Assembly (NCBI GenBank): GCA_033762115.1
Contig: JANRLX010000111.1
Coordinates: forward strand, 14,399-78,398
DNA from: Verrucomicrobiota bacterium
GTDB taxonomy: Bacteria; Verrucomicrobiota; Verrucomicrobiia; Limisphaerales; SXQI01
Length of the DNA: 64,000 nucleotides
Direction of reading: 5' to 3'
The translations under genes were made by a program, and so were the position numbers. The stretch's first letter is position 1, and each line of letters begins with the position of its first letter. A model generated the notes under the pieces. The model was given only the letters and a program-made list of their open reading frames with translations. It ran no database searches and was not told the origin of the DNA. Shown in pieces: positions 39,932 through 49,422 of the stretch.

Positions 39932-41311
39932 TTAATGGGCAAAGCCGCGTTCCTCCTCCGGAAGCGGTTGTCCACGGGTTTCCGGCATAAACGGAATCAC
40001 CAGCAGCCCCAGCACGAAAATGGAACACATCGCAAGCCCCGCGTAACGAAGCGGTTCCTCAGTATTGTGAAAAACCTTGCTGCTCAGCAACCCCAGCGTC
40101 CAGGGGCCTGAAGCGGCGATAAAACGCCCGACGTTATAACAGAAAGAAGTCCCCGTGCTGCGCAATGACGTGGGGAACAGTTCAGGAAAGTAGATCGCAT
40201 ACCCCCCGAAAATTCCCAGCATGAAAAAGCCCATGATTGGGACCAGCAAATAAATATGCCACGGTTCGCGAACGATCCAGAAAACCAGTGAGGTGGAAAC
40301 CATCGCCCCGACAAAGGCGACAGCAAAAGCGAGTCGGCGGCTGGTCCGCTGGGTGAACTTGGTAAACGCCAGCATTCCCAGAAATGCCCCAGCGTTGAGC
40401 ATCAGCGAAGTTTTTCCTTTCCAACTACCCACCGCGCCTTTCAGTTCCGCTCCGGCAAGCCCCTGTGCTGCCAGAGATTTTTCCATCACTGAACCCACCA
40501 GGTCCATGCTGTAAAAAACAATTCCCCAGAGGGCGATGACACCAGCGCAAGCCAGGACCATTCCGATCAACGCATTTTTTCTCCAGCGAGGGTTGCTGAA
40601 AAGGGCGGCATACGATCCCGCTTTGCGGGATTCTTCCCTGGACATTTTCACCTTCTGCCATTTTTCAGGCTCTTTCAAACGCCAGCGAACAACCAACGCG
40701 AGCAATGCGGGAAACGCGCCGATTACAAACATGATTCGCCACTTGGCCCATGCGGAAGGCATGCCGCCGGAGCCTTCCCAGTGGCTGAGGCCCATTTCAA
40801 TCAGCGCAGCGCTGACGTTGCCGACTGCTGAAAGCGCCTGCAAAAGGCCTAGGGCATGAGGACGGGCCCGGTCAGGCATCACTTCCGCAATCAGCGCCAC
40901 ACCCACGGCAAATTCTCCCCCAACGCCGAGACCGGTGATAAAACGATAAAACGCAAAATCCCAGAACCCTGTCGATAAAGCGCTTAAACCCGTGCAGAGG
41001 GAGTAAACAAGGATGGTGATCATCATTGTTTTTGCGCGGCCAATGCGATCCCCAAGCACGCCAAAAATCAAACCGCCAGTCGCCCAGCCAAGCACAAAAA
41101 TGGCGGTGGCGTAGCCGCTGTACTCGTTGATGTTTGCACCCGGTGGCAGAAGATCGCGCATCGCAGGTGCGCGCGCGAGGAGAAACAGTTGCTGGTCCAG
41201 GCAATCGAAGAGCCACCCAAGCGCGGCGACGACCAGGACGAACCAATGATATCGATTGAGTTCACGCCACCACGGTTGCGAATGATTCATTGTTGGTTCA
41301 TTTCCGGCCAT
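39932..41311 (-). CDS. MFS transporter
   Basis: GVLGDRIGR motif A, GLGVGGE and ELFPTSLRSTG; about 12 TM helices. Confidence 0.92.
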   Translation of the reverse strand: MAGNEPTMNHSQPWWRELNRYHWFVLVVAALGWLFDCLDQQLFLLARAPAMRDLLPPGANINEYSGYATAIFVLGWATGGLIFGVLGDRIGRAKTMMITILVYSLCTGLSALSTGFWDFAFYRFITGLGVGGEFAVGVALIAEVMPDRARPHALGLLQALSAVGNVSAALIEMGLSHWEGSGGMPSAWAKWRIMFVIGAFPALLALVVRWRLKEPEKWQKVKMSREESRKAGSYAALFSNPRWRKNALIGMVLACAGVIALWGIVFYSMDLVGSVMEKSLAAQGLAGAELKGAVGSWKGKTSLMLNAGAFLGMLAFTKFTQRTSRRLAFAVAFVGAMVSTSLVFWIVREPWHIYLLVPIMGFFMLGIFGGYAIYFPELFPTSLRSTGTSFCYNVGRFIAASGPWTLGLLSSKVFHNTEEPLRYAGLAMCSIFVLGLLVIPFMPETRGQPLPEEERGFAH

Positions 41312-41415
41312 GCTACTCCTCTTGCGTTTTTTTCAGGGACGCTGTTTGGGTAGCATAGAAGTTGTGAGTGAGCCAAGAGCAATCAGTAAAACAAACCGCA
41401 AGAGATTGCCAGGCA

Positions 41416-43092
41416 TCAGGTCACATCGTTCCTCCATTTTAGAAAGCGTTTCCAAAAAGATTCAGGTTCGATCTGGAAAAACTGGAGGCTCGCTTTCATT
41501 CGGGCTTCCGCAAGGAATTTTCGTTGCGCTGACCTCAGGAAATACAGCGCGACAAAAACATTCAAAATAACCCAGCTCACGTAAGCTTCATAAAAATCCA
41601 TTCCTTGAGGAACCGAATCAAACAGGTTGAGCAAAAGCGTCGCTGAGGCAAAAATACCCCACGGGACGAACAACACGCGGGAAACGGCAATTCCAGCAGC
41701 CTGTTGCGGCTTTTTTGAAATCAACGGCGTCCAGAGCCCCAGATAAGTAATGGCAAGGACATCGAGAGTCATGCAAATCCAGGTGCCGACAAAAAAGAAG
41801 ATCTGAATGTCATCTCCATCATCACTATATAAAGTCCACAAGGCAGCGATGCTGAACAAACAGGTGAGAAAATAGAGAATCCACATCTGCCGCAAAACAT
41901 TAAGAAACTGTCCTTTAATGATCTCCTGCAATTTGAGCGGCGTGGAAAGCAGCATTTCCAATGCTCCATTCGCGTGCGCTTCGGTCAATGGCTTGCATGC
42001 CACCGCCGCAGTCATTATCCGCATCATCAAATGAAAAATCCCCGCCACGATCAGGAAAGCGTACCCAAGTTGAAGCGATTTGTTCATCGCATAAACTGAA
42101 AAGGTGATTCCGATCACGAGGATGATGATGACATATCGGTAAATCGCATCGGTCCGGACACGGCTTCCGAGCCAGATCCAGGGGTTGATTTCCAGAAAGC
42201 GCTTCCGGTATGCGGTTCTCTTTTCGGCTGATCCCAATTGCCACGTCCGCCACCGTTCCCGCCAGGAGTGGCTCTTCAAAGTTGGCTCCTCCTGCCATTT
42301 GTGCGGCAGCAACAGGCAGGCGGACCAAAGAAAAATATGTCCCATGACATGGCAGACAAGAATCGAGATCCAGAAATCAGAAAAAAGCCGGGCCATTCCA
42401 AGCGTCCCGATCCCGCTCATCTGCATTGCGGGGCTGAACCATTCAATCACCCGCGCGAGATCCGGCATTCCGTTATACCTCGAGAGGTTGGCCAGCCCCG
42501 GTAATCCAAGCCAGAAAACCAGGAGCGTGACATTAAACTGACCAACCATTTTCTGATATTCCCGCCCATTGGTGGATATCAACAGGCCCAGGCTCATGGA
42601 AAAAAAGATGGTGTTCAGCAGGGCGATGCAGACGACCAGCACATCCATCCATCCCACTCCACCCAGCAAAATAGCAATGGAGAGAAATGGGACAATTCCC
42701 AACAGGCCGACCACCGAAGCGAAAGAATGGGCAACCAGCTTTCCCAAAACAATATGGTGGGTTCGCATGTCTGTCAGGAATAACAGCCCAAGGGTCCCCT
42801 CCCGTTTTTCGCTGCTTAACGCGTCAGCAGTGGTCATTCCCGAGAACAGCGCCATTAGAAAAAGAATTCCCGTCAGTGAATTGAAAATCTGTTGACCGAT
42901 CATACCGCCTATCGGTGCGCGAGAGAACCCCCATAGCATACTCGCTGCTACCAGCAGAAAAACGAGGCCAATGATCCAGCGGGAGCGGAAAGTGGCGGGC
43001 TTTTTTGACGCAACCAGCAATTCTCGCCAGGCAATTGGGAACGCACTGCTCGTCCGGTTCCAGAGAGGGCTTGATCCAGGTATGGTTGCCAT
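41416..43092 (-). CDS. ABC-2 type membrane permease with duplicated halves
   Basis: RELLVAS, SEKREGTLGLLFLT..VLGKL and a second GALEMLLSTPL motif. Confidence 0.8.
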   Translation of the reverse strand: MATIPGSSPLWNRTSSAFPIAWRELLVASKKPATFRSRWIIGLVFLLVAASMLWGFSRAPIGGMIGQQIFNSLTGILFLMALFSGMTTADALSSEKREGTLGLLFLTDMRTHHIVLGKLVAHSFASVVGLLGIVPFLSIAILLGGVGWMDVLVVCIALLNTIFFSMSLGLLISTNGREYQKMVGQFNVTLLVFWLGLPGLANLSRYNGMPDLARVIEWFSPAMQMSGIGTLGMARLFSDFWISILVCHVMGHIFLWSACLLLPHKWQEEPTLKSHSWRERWRTWQLGSAEKRTAYRKRFLEINPWIWLGSRVRTDAIYRYVIIILVIGITFSVYAMNKSLQLGYAFLIVAGIFHLMMRIMTAAVACKPLTEAHANGALEMLLSTPLKLQEIIKGQFLNVLRQMWILYFLTCLFSIAALWTLYSDDGDDIQIFFFVGTWICMTLDVLAITYLGLWTPLISKKPQQAAGIAVSRVLFVPWGIFASATLLLNLFDSVPQGMDFYEAYVSWVILNVFVALYFLRSAQRKFLAEARMKASLQFFQIEPESFWKRFLKWRNDVT

Positions 43093-43245
43093 TCGACTGC
43101 TGCCCAATCTGAATTGTCACATCCACTCTGACAATCGGAAAAGATCATCCACGCGCCCTGATCCCGGTTTCAGGCAGTCATGTGAAGTAAAATCAGCGCT
43201 GTTCACCATTTCAGAAATTCACGCCCCGGCGACAGTTGGGGTAAT

Positions 43246-43503
43246 ATGAAAAAATTGTTATTGGCAGGTGTGGCATCAATCCTTCTCGCTGGCTGCGCCA
43301 GTCAGAGCGGAGGCATGGGAAGCAGCAGTGGCAGCACGACCGAATCAGGCAGCGGAAGTTCCTGGATGGACAATTCGGAAACCGGCTCGGCAGGGGACAC
43401 CACTTCGGCAGAATCGGGCGCTGCAAGGGGCAGCACTGGAACTGGCGGCACAACTTCGGGCGGGACAGGGAGCAGCACCTCCGGTGGTTCCGGAAATCGA
43501 TAA
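43246..43503 (+). CDS. Small Gly/Ser/Thr-rich lipoprotein
   Basis: MKK + hydrophobic stretch + LAGC lipobox, then low-complexity sequence. Confidence 0.8.
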   Translation: MKKLLLAGVASILLAGCASQSGGMGSSSGSTTESGSGSSWMDNSETGSAGDTTSAESGAARGSTGTGGTTSGGTGSSTSGGSGNR

Positions 43504-43630
43504 TCCTCTTTCGACAGCAAACTTGTTCAGGCGGGGTGATGGCACCTCGCTTTTTTGCTGTACAATGCTCAAAAAAGCATGACGTTTGTCCCGTTCCTCT
43601 TCTACAATGGCAGCATAACCAATCAAAATT

Positions 43631-44524
43631 ATGGCTGAAAGAATCGGTTTTGTCGGGGTGGGGCGGATGGGGGCAAACATGGCTCGTCGCCTTAATGATC
43701 AGGGCTTCAAAATTACAGCCGTTTACGATTCGCGATTGTCCGTTGCACAGGAAATCGCCAAGGAGTTGGGAGCCGAAGCCTGTCGTACATTACCGCAGGT
43801 GACGGAACTTTCAGATATTGTCATCACGGTGGTCACGGATGATAAGGCCATGAACCGCATTTTCAGCCGCCTTGGCAAAAGCCTTTTTACAGGTGCCAGG
43901 GGAAGGCTGTTTATCAATTGCGCGACCCTCTCTCCCAAGGTTCATGTGGACCTGGAAAGAAGGGCGCAACGCGTGGGGGCCCAGACTCTTGAAGCCTGCA
44001 TGGCTTCAAGCATTACCCAGGCGCGGGAAGGCACGCTGTATTTGATGCTGGGCGGAACCCCAAAAGCTTATGAACGCGCCCGTCCGGTATTGGAAAAGCT
44101 AAGCAATTCCATGCGCTATATCGGCAAAGCCGGTGAAGCAGCCAAGGTCAAGGCGCTCGTCAACATGGTCATGAATATCAACACCGCCGGTCTCGCCGAA
44201 GGGCTCGGCCTGGGGCAGGCGCTGGGACTTGATCTCTCGATGCTCCGGGAAGTGTTTTCCCAAACGGGTGCCAATTCCCGAGTACTTCAGACCGATGGGG
44301 AGGATATGCAAAATCGGGAGCATTCCTGTTTTTTCTCCGCCGCGCACGCAGCCAAGGATTCAGGAATTGCGGTGAAGCTCGCCAAATCCGCTCGACTCCA
44401 GTTGCCACTTGCCCTCGCCACCAAAAAGCAATTTGACCGGATGATCAAGGAAGGTCTCGGTGATCTGGACAAAAGCGGGGTGGCTGAGCTTACGTTCAAG
44501 GGGCGGCTGAAAAAGAAACGATAG
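43631..44524 (+). CDS. NAD(P)-dependent oxidoreductase, beta-hydroxyacid dehydrogenase family
   Basis: IGFVGVGRMG Rossmann motif, catalytic K..xN (KVKALVN) and AAKD motifs. Confidence 0.9.
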   Translation: MAERIGFVGVGRMGANMARRLNDQGFKITAVYDSRLSVAQEIAKELGAEACRTLPQVTELSDIVITVVTDDKAMNRIFSRLGKSLFTGARGRLFINCATLSPKVHVDLERRAQRVGAQTLEACMASSITQAREGTLYLMLGGTPKAYERARPVLEKLSNSMRYIGKAGEAAKVKALVNMVMNINTAGLAEGLGLGQALGLDLSMLREVFSQTGANSRVLQTDGEDMQNREHSCFFSAAHAAKDSGIAVKLAKSARLQLPLALATKKQFDRMIKEGLGDLDKSGVAELTFKGRLKKKR

Positions 44525-44532
44525 TTAACGCA

Positions 44533-46755
44533 ATGTCTCACGCGCTCAAACGGGACCCTGCCTCACGCTTGAGCCGCTCAATCCCGTTCGGTCTGGGAGA
44601 GGTCAAGCCGCGTCATTTTCGCGACATGGCGAAAATCTTGTGGGAAAATCGAGACAATCTTCCTTACGCCTACAAAGTCCTTACCCGTGGAGTCTGTGAC
44701 GGTTGCGCCCTCGGCGTGGCGGGGTTGCATGATTGGACGATCAACGGGGTCCATCTTTGCATGACCCGCTTGAATCTGTTGCGATTGAACACCATGCCGG
44801 AATTCAATCCGGAAATTCTGCAGGACGTTTCGCAATTCAACAGCTTTGATAATCAACAATTGCGCCAGCTTGGGCGCCTTGCCTGCCCAATGGTCCGCAA
44901 AAAGGGAGAGCGCGGTTTTCAGCGGGTCACCTGGCCAGAGGCCCAGGCCCGTCTTGGCGCGCGCTTGCGAAAAACCGATCCACAACGAATGGCATTTTTT
45001 GTCACTGCCCGGGGCGTGACCAATGAGGTTTATTACGTGGCGCAAAAAGTGGCCCGGTTTCTCGGCACGAACAACATCGATAATGCCGCCCGCCTCTGCC
45101 ATGCTCCCTCCACTGCCGCGATGAAATTCGCGATTGGTGTTTCCGCCAGCACCTGTAGTTACAAAGACTGGTATGGGACGGACCTGGTCCTTTTCTTCGG
45201 TTCCAATCCCGCCAATGACCAGCCTGTGGCCACCAAATACCTGCACGAAGCCAAGCAGCTTGGAACGAAAGTCATTCTGATCAATCCTTACCTTGAACCC
45301 GGGATGCAACGCTACTGGGTGCCTTCCTCAGCTTCGAGCGCCCTCTTCGGAACTGATATTGCGGATTACTGGTTTCCAGTCGCGCAAGGGGGTGACATCG
45401 CATTCATTTCAGGCGTCCTCAAGGTCATGATCGAACGCGGCTGGTGCGATGAACAATTTATCCAGCAACACACACTTGGATTTGATGCGTTGGTCCGGCA
45501 GCTCCAGCAACTGGACTGGCCGCAGATCGAGAAGCAATCCGGGCTTCCCCGGGCGAGCATGATTGAATTTGCCGGACTGATTCATCATGCCCGGACTGCT
45601 GTCCTGGTCTGGAGCATGGGAATTACACAGCATGCCTATGGTGCGGATGCAGTTCAGATGGTCCTGAATCTCGGTTTAAGCAAAGGATTCGTCGGACGCG
45701 AAAAATGTGGCCTCATGCCGATCCGCGGCCATTCTTCAGTCCAGGGAGGCGCTGAAATGGGGGCCTACTCAACGGCATTTCCCGGTGGCAGGGCGATTAC
45801 CTCCGAAAATGTCGAAGAGCTTTCCAGGGCATACGGTTTTCCGGTCCCTGATTGGGCCGGTCTGACCACCCCTGAAATGATCGAAGCCGCCGGGCAGGGG
45901 CAATTGGATCTGCTGTATTCACTTGGTGGCAATTTCTTGCGAACCCTTCCTGAACCGCAATCTGTCCGTGCAGCCCTTTCGAAAGTCCCCGTTCGCATTC
46001 ACCAGGACATCATCCTGACCGACCAGATGTTCATCGAACCGGGTGAGGAAGTGTGGCTGCTTCCTGCGAAAACCCGCTATGAACAGGAGGGAGGCGGGAT
46101 CGAAACCACCACCGAAAGACGAATTGCGTTCAGCCCGGAGATTCCTCGTCAGCTTGGGGAATGCAAGGCAGAGTGGCGCATTTTGCTGGATCTTGCCTCC
46201 GCTGCCTGGCCCGAAAAAGCGCATTTGCTTGGCTGCGCCTCAGCCCAGGCAATTCGCAATGAGATCGCCCGCATTGTTCCCTTTTATGATGGCATTCAGA
46301 ATTTGCAAACCACCGGTGATGCCATTCAGTACGGTGGCCCGCATCTTTGTGCCAACGGCCAGTTTCCCACGCCTGATGGCAAGGCCCACTTCCGACCTGT
46401 TCCATTGCCCAACCTGCATCGAGAGAGCAATGAATTTGAGCTGAGCACGCGCCGTGGAAAGCAATTCAATACACTCATCTATGCCGAGGTCGATCCACTC
46501 AATGGCGCATCGCGGGATGCTGTCCTTATCAGCGCCGAGGATGCGCAACGGCTGGATCTTTCCTCCAACCAGCGCGTGCGCCTGAAAAACGACCTTGGTG
46601 AGTACATCGCGCGGGTGATGATCGCACCGATTGCGCCGGGAAATGTGCAGGTCCATTGGCCGGAGGGAAATCATTTGATTCGAAAAGGGGTGACCGATCA
46701 GGCCGGTGGTGTGCCGGATTACAATGCCCGCGTGCAAATCGAAAAAGTCCCATGA
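44533..46755 (+). CDS. FdhF/YdeP family molybdopterin oxidoreductase
   Basis: CDGC, NN.DNAARLCH, SMGITQH and PIRGHSSVQG motifs; C-terminal molydopterin-binding domain. Confidence 0.92.
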   Translation: MSHALKRDPASRLSRSIPFGLGEVKPRHFRDMAKILWENRDNLPYAYKVLTRGVCDGCALGVAGLHDWTINGVHLCMTRLNLLRLNTMPEFNPEILQDVSQFNSFDNQQLRQLGRLACPMVRKKGERGFQRVTWPEAQARLGARLRKTDPQRMAFFVTARGVTNEVYYVAQKVARFLGTNNIDNAARLCHAPSTAAMKFAIGVSASTCSYKDWYGTDLVLFFGSNPANDQPVATKYLHEAKQLGTKVILINPYLEPGMQRYWVPSSASSALFGTDIADYWFPVAQGGDIAFISGVLKVMIERGWCDEQFIQQHTLGFDALVRQLQQLDWPQIEKQSGLPRASMIEFAGLIHHARTAVLVWSMGITQHAYGADAVQMVLNLGLSKGFVGREKCGLMPIRGHSSVQGGAEMGAYSTAFPGGRAITSENVEELSRAYGFPVPDWAGLTTPEMIEAAGQGQLDLLYSLGGNFLRTLPEPQSVRAALSKVPVRIHQDIILTDQMFIEPGEEVWLLPAKTRYEQEGGGIETTTERRIAFSPEIPRQLGECKAEWRILLDLASAAWPEKAHLLGCASAQAIRNEIARIVPFYDGIQNLQTTGDAIQYGGPHLCANGQFPTPDGKAHFRPVPLPNLHRESNEFELSTRRGKQFNTLIYAEVDPLNGASRDAVLISAEDAQRLDLSSNQRVRLKNDLGEYIARVMIAPIAPGNVQVHWPEGNHLIRKGVTDQAGGVPDYNARVQIEKVP

Positions 46756-47564
46756 ACCCCGGCGTTCGCGAGTTGCCCATTCTTCGTTGTGCAGCCAACA
46801 GCAGCGCAGTTTCACAGGTGGACGCCGTTTCAGTCGAGGAGCCGATTGAATTCCGTATTGGCGGTGAGGCTATTTCAATCACCATGCGCACCCCCGGGCA
46901 CGACGATGAGCTTGCTGCCGGGTTTCTGCTCACGGAGGGCATGATCCAATCGCGTTCCCAAATCCTGGAAATTGCCCCCTGCCCGCAACCAGCCGCAGGT
47001 TCTGTCCTGAATCTTTTTTTGACCCCGGAAGTGGTGGTTTCATCCGCTGCCTTCAGCCGTCAACTGCTTTCCAATTCAAGTTGTGGAATTTGCGGAAAAT
47101 CCTCCATGGAATCGATTTACAATCGCTTTCCGCCGGTCCAATCCGCGATCAAACTGGCTGCCGCAATCCTGTCGGATCTCCCCAACAAACTCGCTGCTGC
47201 TCAACAGCAGTTTTCGCAAACAGGCGGTTTGCATGCCGCTGCTCTTTTCAATCCCGAAGGATCGCTCCTGGTATTGCGGGAAGATATCGGGCGGCATAAC
47301 GCGGTCGATAAAGTGATCGGATGGGCCCTCTTTAATCTGCCGCTGCCTCTTTCGAGTTCCATCCTGATGGTGAGCGGGCGTGTCTCATTTGAGATCGTTG
47401 CCAAAGCCGTGGCCGCAGGAGTTCCTGTAGTGGCTTCCATCTCAGCTCCTTCCACCCTGGCAATCGAGCTGGCAATCGGCAATGAAGTAACCCTGGCAGG
47501 GTTTGTCCGGGGGCAAAGTTTTAATCTCTATTCCAGGCCTGATCGGCTCACCGGGATCACTTGA
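46752..47564 (+). CDS. fdhD: Formate dehydrogenase accessory sulfurtransferase FdhD
   Basis: TMRTPG, SSCGICG, TGGLHAA and REDIGRHNAVDK motifs; ATGA overlap with the upstream gene. Confidence 0.95.
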   Translation: MNPGVRELPILRCAANSSAVSQVDAVSVEEPIEFRIGGEAISITMRTPGHDDELAAGFLLTEGMIQSRSQILEIAPCPQPAAGSVLNLFLTPEVVVSSAAFSRQLLSNSSCGICGKSSMESIYNRFPPVQSAIKLAAAILSDLPNKLAAAQQQFSQTGGLHAAALFNPEGSLLVLREDIGRHNAVDKVIGWALFNLPLPLSSSILMVSGRVSFEIVAKAVAAGVPVVASISAPSTLAIELAIGNEVTLAGFVRGQSFNLYSRPDRLTGIT

Positions 47565-47594
47565 CAGTTTGGACTTCGGAGGGAACTTACCGGA

Positions 47595-48251
47595 ATGAAA
47601 CCACAGGGAAGGGGATTTAGGGGTCTGGGTTTGCTGCTGCTGGCCTGCCTGTTGGTGACCGGCTGCCAGACAGTTTACTACCAGGCCTGGGAAAAATTCG
47701 GCAAAGAGAAACGTGACCTCCTCAAGGACAACGTCAAGGATGCTCGCAATGAACAGGAGCAGGCCGCCGAGCAATTCAAGGATGCCCTGACACGGTTAAA
47801 GGAAATGTACGGTTTTCAGGGAGGTAATCTCGAAAAAGCATACGACAAGCTAAAGGCAGATTATGACCGCTCCGCCTCACGGGCCAAAGCTGTCTCCTCC
47901 CGCGTTGAAAAAGTGGAGCAAATCGCCACGGACCTGTTTGCAGAATGGGAAGCTGAAATCAAAAACATGAGCAATGACCGCCTGAGCGCAAACAGCCGCG
48001 CGCAACTCCGGCAGACTCGTGAAAAATATGAGTCCCTGCATGCTTCCATGAAAAAGGCTGAATCAAGCATGCAACCTGTATTAAAGCAGTTTCAGGATCA
48101 GGTGCTCTACTTAAAGCATAATTTGAACGCGCAGGCGATCGGTTCCTTAAAAGGGGAAGCGGTTGATATTGAAAAGGAAATCCAGCGTTTAATTAAGGAC
48201 GTCAATGCTTCGATTGCTGAAGCAGACGCTTTTATTCAAGGGATGGAGTAA
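47595..48251 (+). CDS. DUF2959 family lipoprotein
   Basis: VTGC lipobox, YY.AWEKFG.EKRD and VLYLKHNLNAQAI motifs. Confidence 0.88.
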   Translation: MKPQGRGFRGLGLLLLACLLVTGCQTVYYQAWEKFGKEKRDLLKDNVKDARNEQEQAAEQFKDALTRLKEMYGFQGGNLEKAYDKLKADYDRSASRAKAVSSRVEKVEQIATDLFAEWEAEIKNMSNDRLSANSRAQLRQTREKYESLHASMKKAESSMQPVLKQFQDQVLYLKHNLNAQAIGSLKGEAVDIEKEIQRLIKDVNASIAEADAFIQGME

Positions 48252-48368
48252 TTCAGCCGATTTTCTCTTGACCCTGAATAAGCAAGGGTTTAGCAAAAGT
48301 TCACGCACTCGCCTGCGTTATCCCAGGCGTTTACACTAAAACCTCAACCCTAAGTTCGAATCAGTGCC

Positions 48369-48473
48369 ATGTATTGCAAACGGTGTTTGACTGAGCTCAA
48401 GCTTCAGAACAATCGCTACGTGTGTCCTCGCTGCAAACCGAAAAAGCAGCAGCATCAGAAGAAACGTCGATAA
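48369..48473 (+). CDS. 34-aa zinc-ribbon microprotein
   Basis: Hand translation MYCKRCLTELKLQNNRYVCPRCKPKKQQHQKKRR*; CxxC-x12-CxxC. Too short for the ORF track. Confidence 0.65.
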   Translation: MYCKRCLTELKLQNNRYVCPRCKPKKQQHQKKRR

Positions 48474-48615
48474 GGCGTCGAGTCGCTCAGGCATTCACTT
48501 TTCACGAATCGGTTTTTGATGAACCGAAGCGGGCGCTTTTCTCTTGGCCTAATAAAACCGGCAGCCTCAATTGCCTCCGCCTCCTCCCCGTGCCATCTTT
48601 CCTAAGGAGGATTTT

Positions 48616-48885
48616 ATGGATGAAACAAATGTGGCAGGGATGGATGAGGAACTGCTTTGGGCGACTAAATCATTTGCCATTGAGGGAATGACCTGTGACC
48701 GCTGTGTCGAAAAAGTCACTCGTACTTTGCAGCAATTGAACGGGGTTAAAGCGACCGAAGTGAACTTGCAGGACGCAAAGGTCACCGTCACCTTCGACAC
48801 CACAAAAACTGATGTACCGACATTGCACGAAGCACTGTTGCGAACCGGTTACCGCCCCGCCTTGCGAGTCAACGGCAATAATTAA
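48616..48885 (+). CDS. Heavy-metal-associated (HMA/CopZ-like) chaperone
   Basis: GMTCDRC motif; AAGGAGG ribosome-binding site 5 nt before the ATG. Confidence 0.9.
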   Translation: MDETNVAGMDEELLWATKSFAIEGMTCDRCVEKVTRTLQQLNGVKATEVNLQDAKVTVTFDTTKTDVPTLHEALLRTGYRPALRVNGNN

Positions 48886-48954
48886 ATACAGAGGGTCAAA
48901 GGGGCAGGGAAGGCCTGATTTCATTCATTTTAGGAAGCCCCAAAAATTTCCTCC

Positions 48955-49017
48955 TAATTACTAAAAAATTAGTTGACGAAAATTCGCACTTTGATTTTAA
49001 TTACTAAATCCTTAGTT
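48955..49017 (+). promoter_or_regulatory. Twin operators overlapping the sigma-70 promoter of the blaI-like gene
   Basis: TAATTACTAAA-N3-TTAGTT at 48955 and 48998 (core palindrome ACTAA-N4-TTAGT); TTGACG(48973)-17-TTTAAT(48996). Confidence 0.8.
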
Positions 49018-49029
49018 TAAACATCCTGT

Positions 49030-49422
49030 ATGCCTCGTAAAAAATCAAAAACATTGACCGACGCAGAGCATCGCATCATGGAGGTTCTCTGGAAAAAAGG
49101 TTCCGCTACTGTCGCCGAAGTCGCTGAGGAACTCGCCGGAAAGGATGGGTCAGCCTATACCACCATTCTTACCTTGATGAGGATTCTCAAGGACAAAGGG
49201 TACCTCACAACCAGGAAAGAGGGACGTGCCCTTGTGTTTACCACCCAGGTGGACCGGGAAACTGCCGCTCGAAAAGCGGTCCGTCAGCTTCTCACCAAAT
49301 TTTTTGCCGGATCGCCCGGAGAACTGGTCCTTGCATTTCTGCGCGAGGATGAAATCAGTGCCGAAGAATTGGATGAGTTGAAGAAAAAAATCAAGGAAAC
49401 CGGAGGAGTTAATGAAAAATGA
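49030..49422 (+). CDS. BlaI/MecI/CopY family transcriptional repressor
   Basis: LTDAEHRIMEVLW, AYTTILTLM.IL.DKGY and GRA motifs; no C-terminal Cys motif. Confidence 0.92.
   Translation: MPRKKSKTLTDAEHRIMEVLWKKGSATVAEVAEELAGKDGSAYTTILTLMRILKDKGYLTTRKEGRALVFTTQVDRETAARKAVRQLLTKFFAGSPGELVLAFLREDEISAEELDELKKKIKETGGVNEK

Noticed and set aside
43540-43559. Sigma-54-like TGGCAC...TTGC upstream of the dehydrogenase
   Set aside because: GG-to-GC spacing is 14 rather than the required 10.
44533-46755. Selenocysteine recoding in the FdhF-like gene
   Set aside because: The active-site position is Cys (ARLCH) and there is no in-frame TGA.
48616-49422. copZ-copY copper operon
   Set aside because: The repressor lacks CopY's C-terminal Cys motif, has no cop box, has its own promoter and overlaps an M56 protease, so it is BlaI-like.
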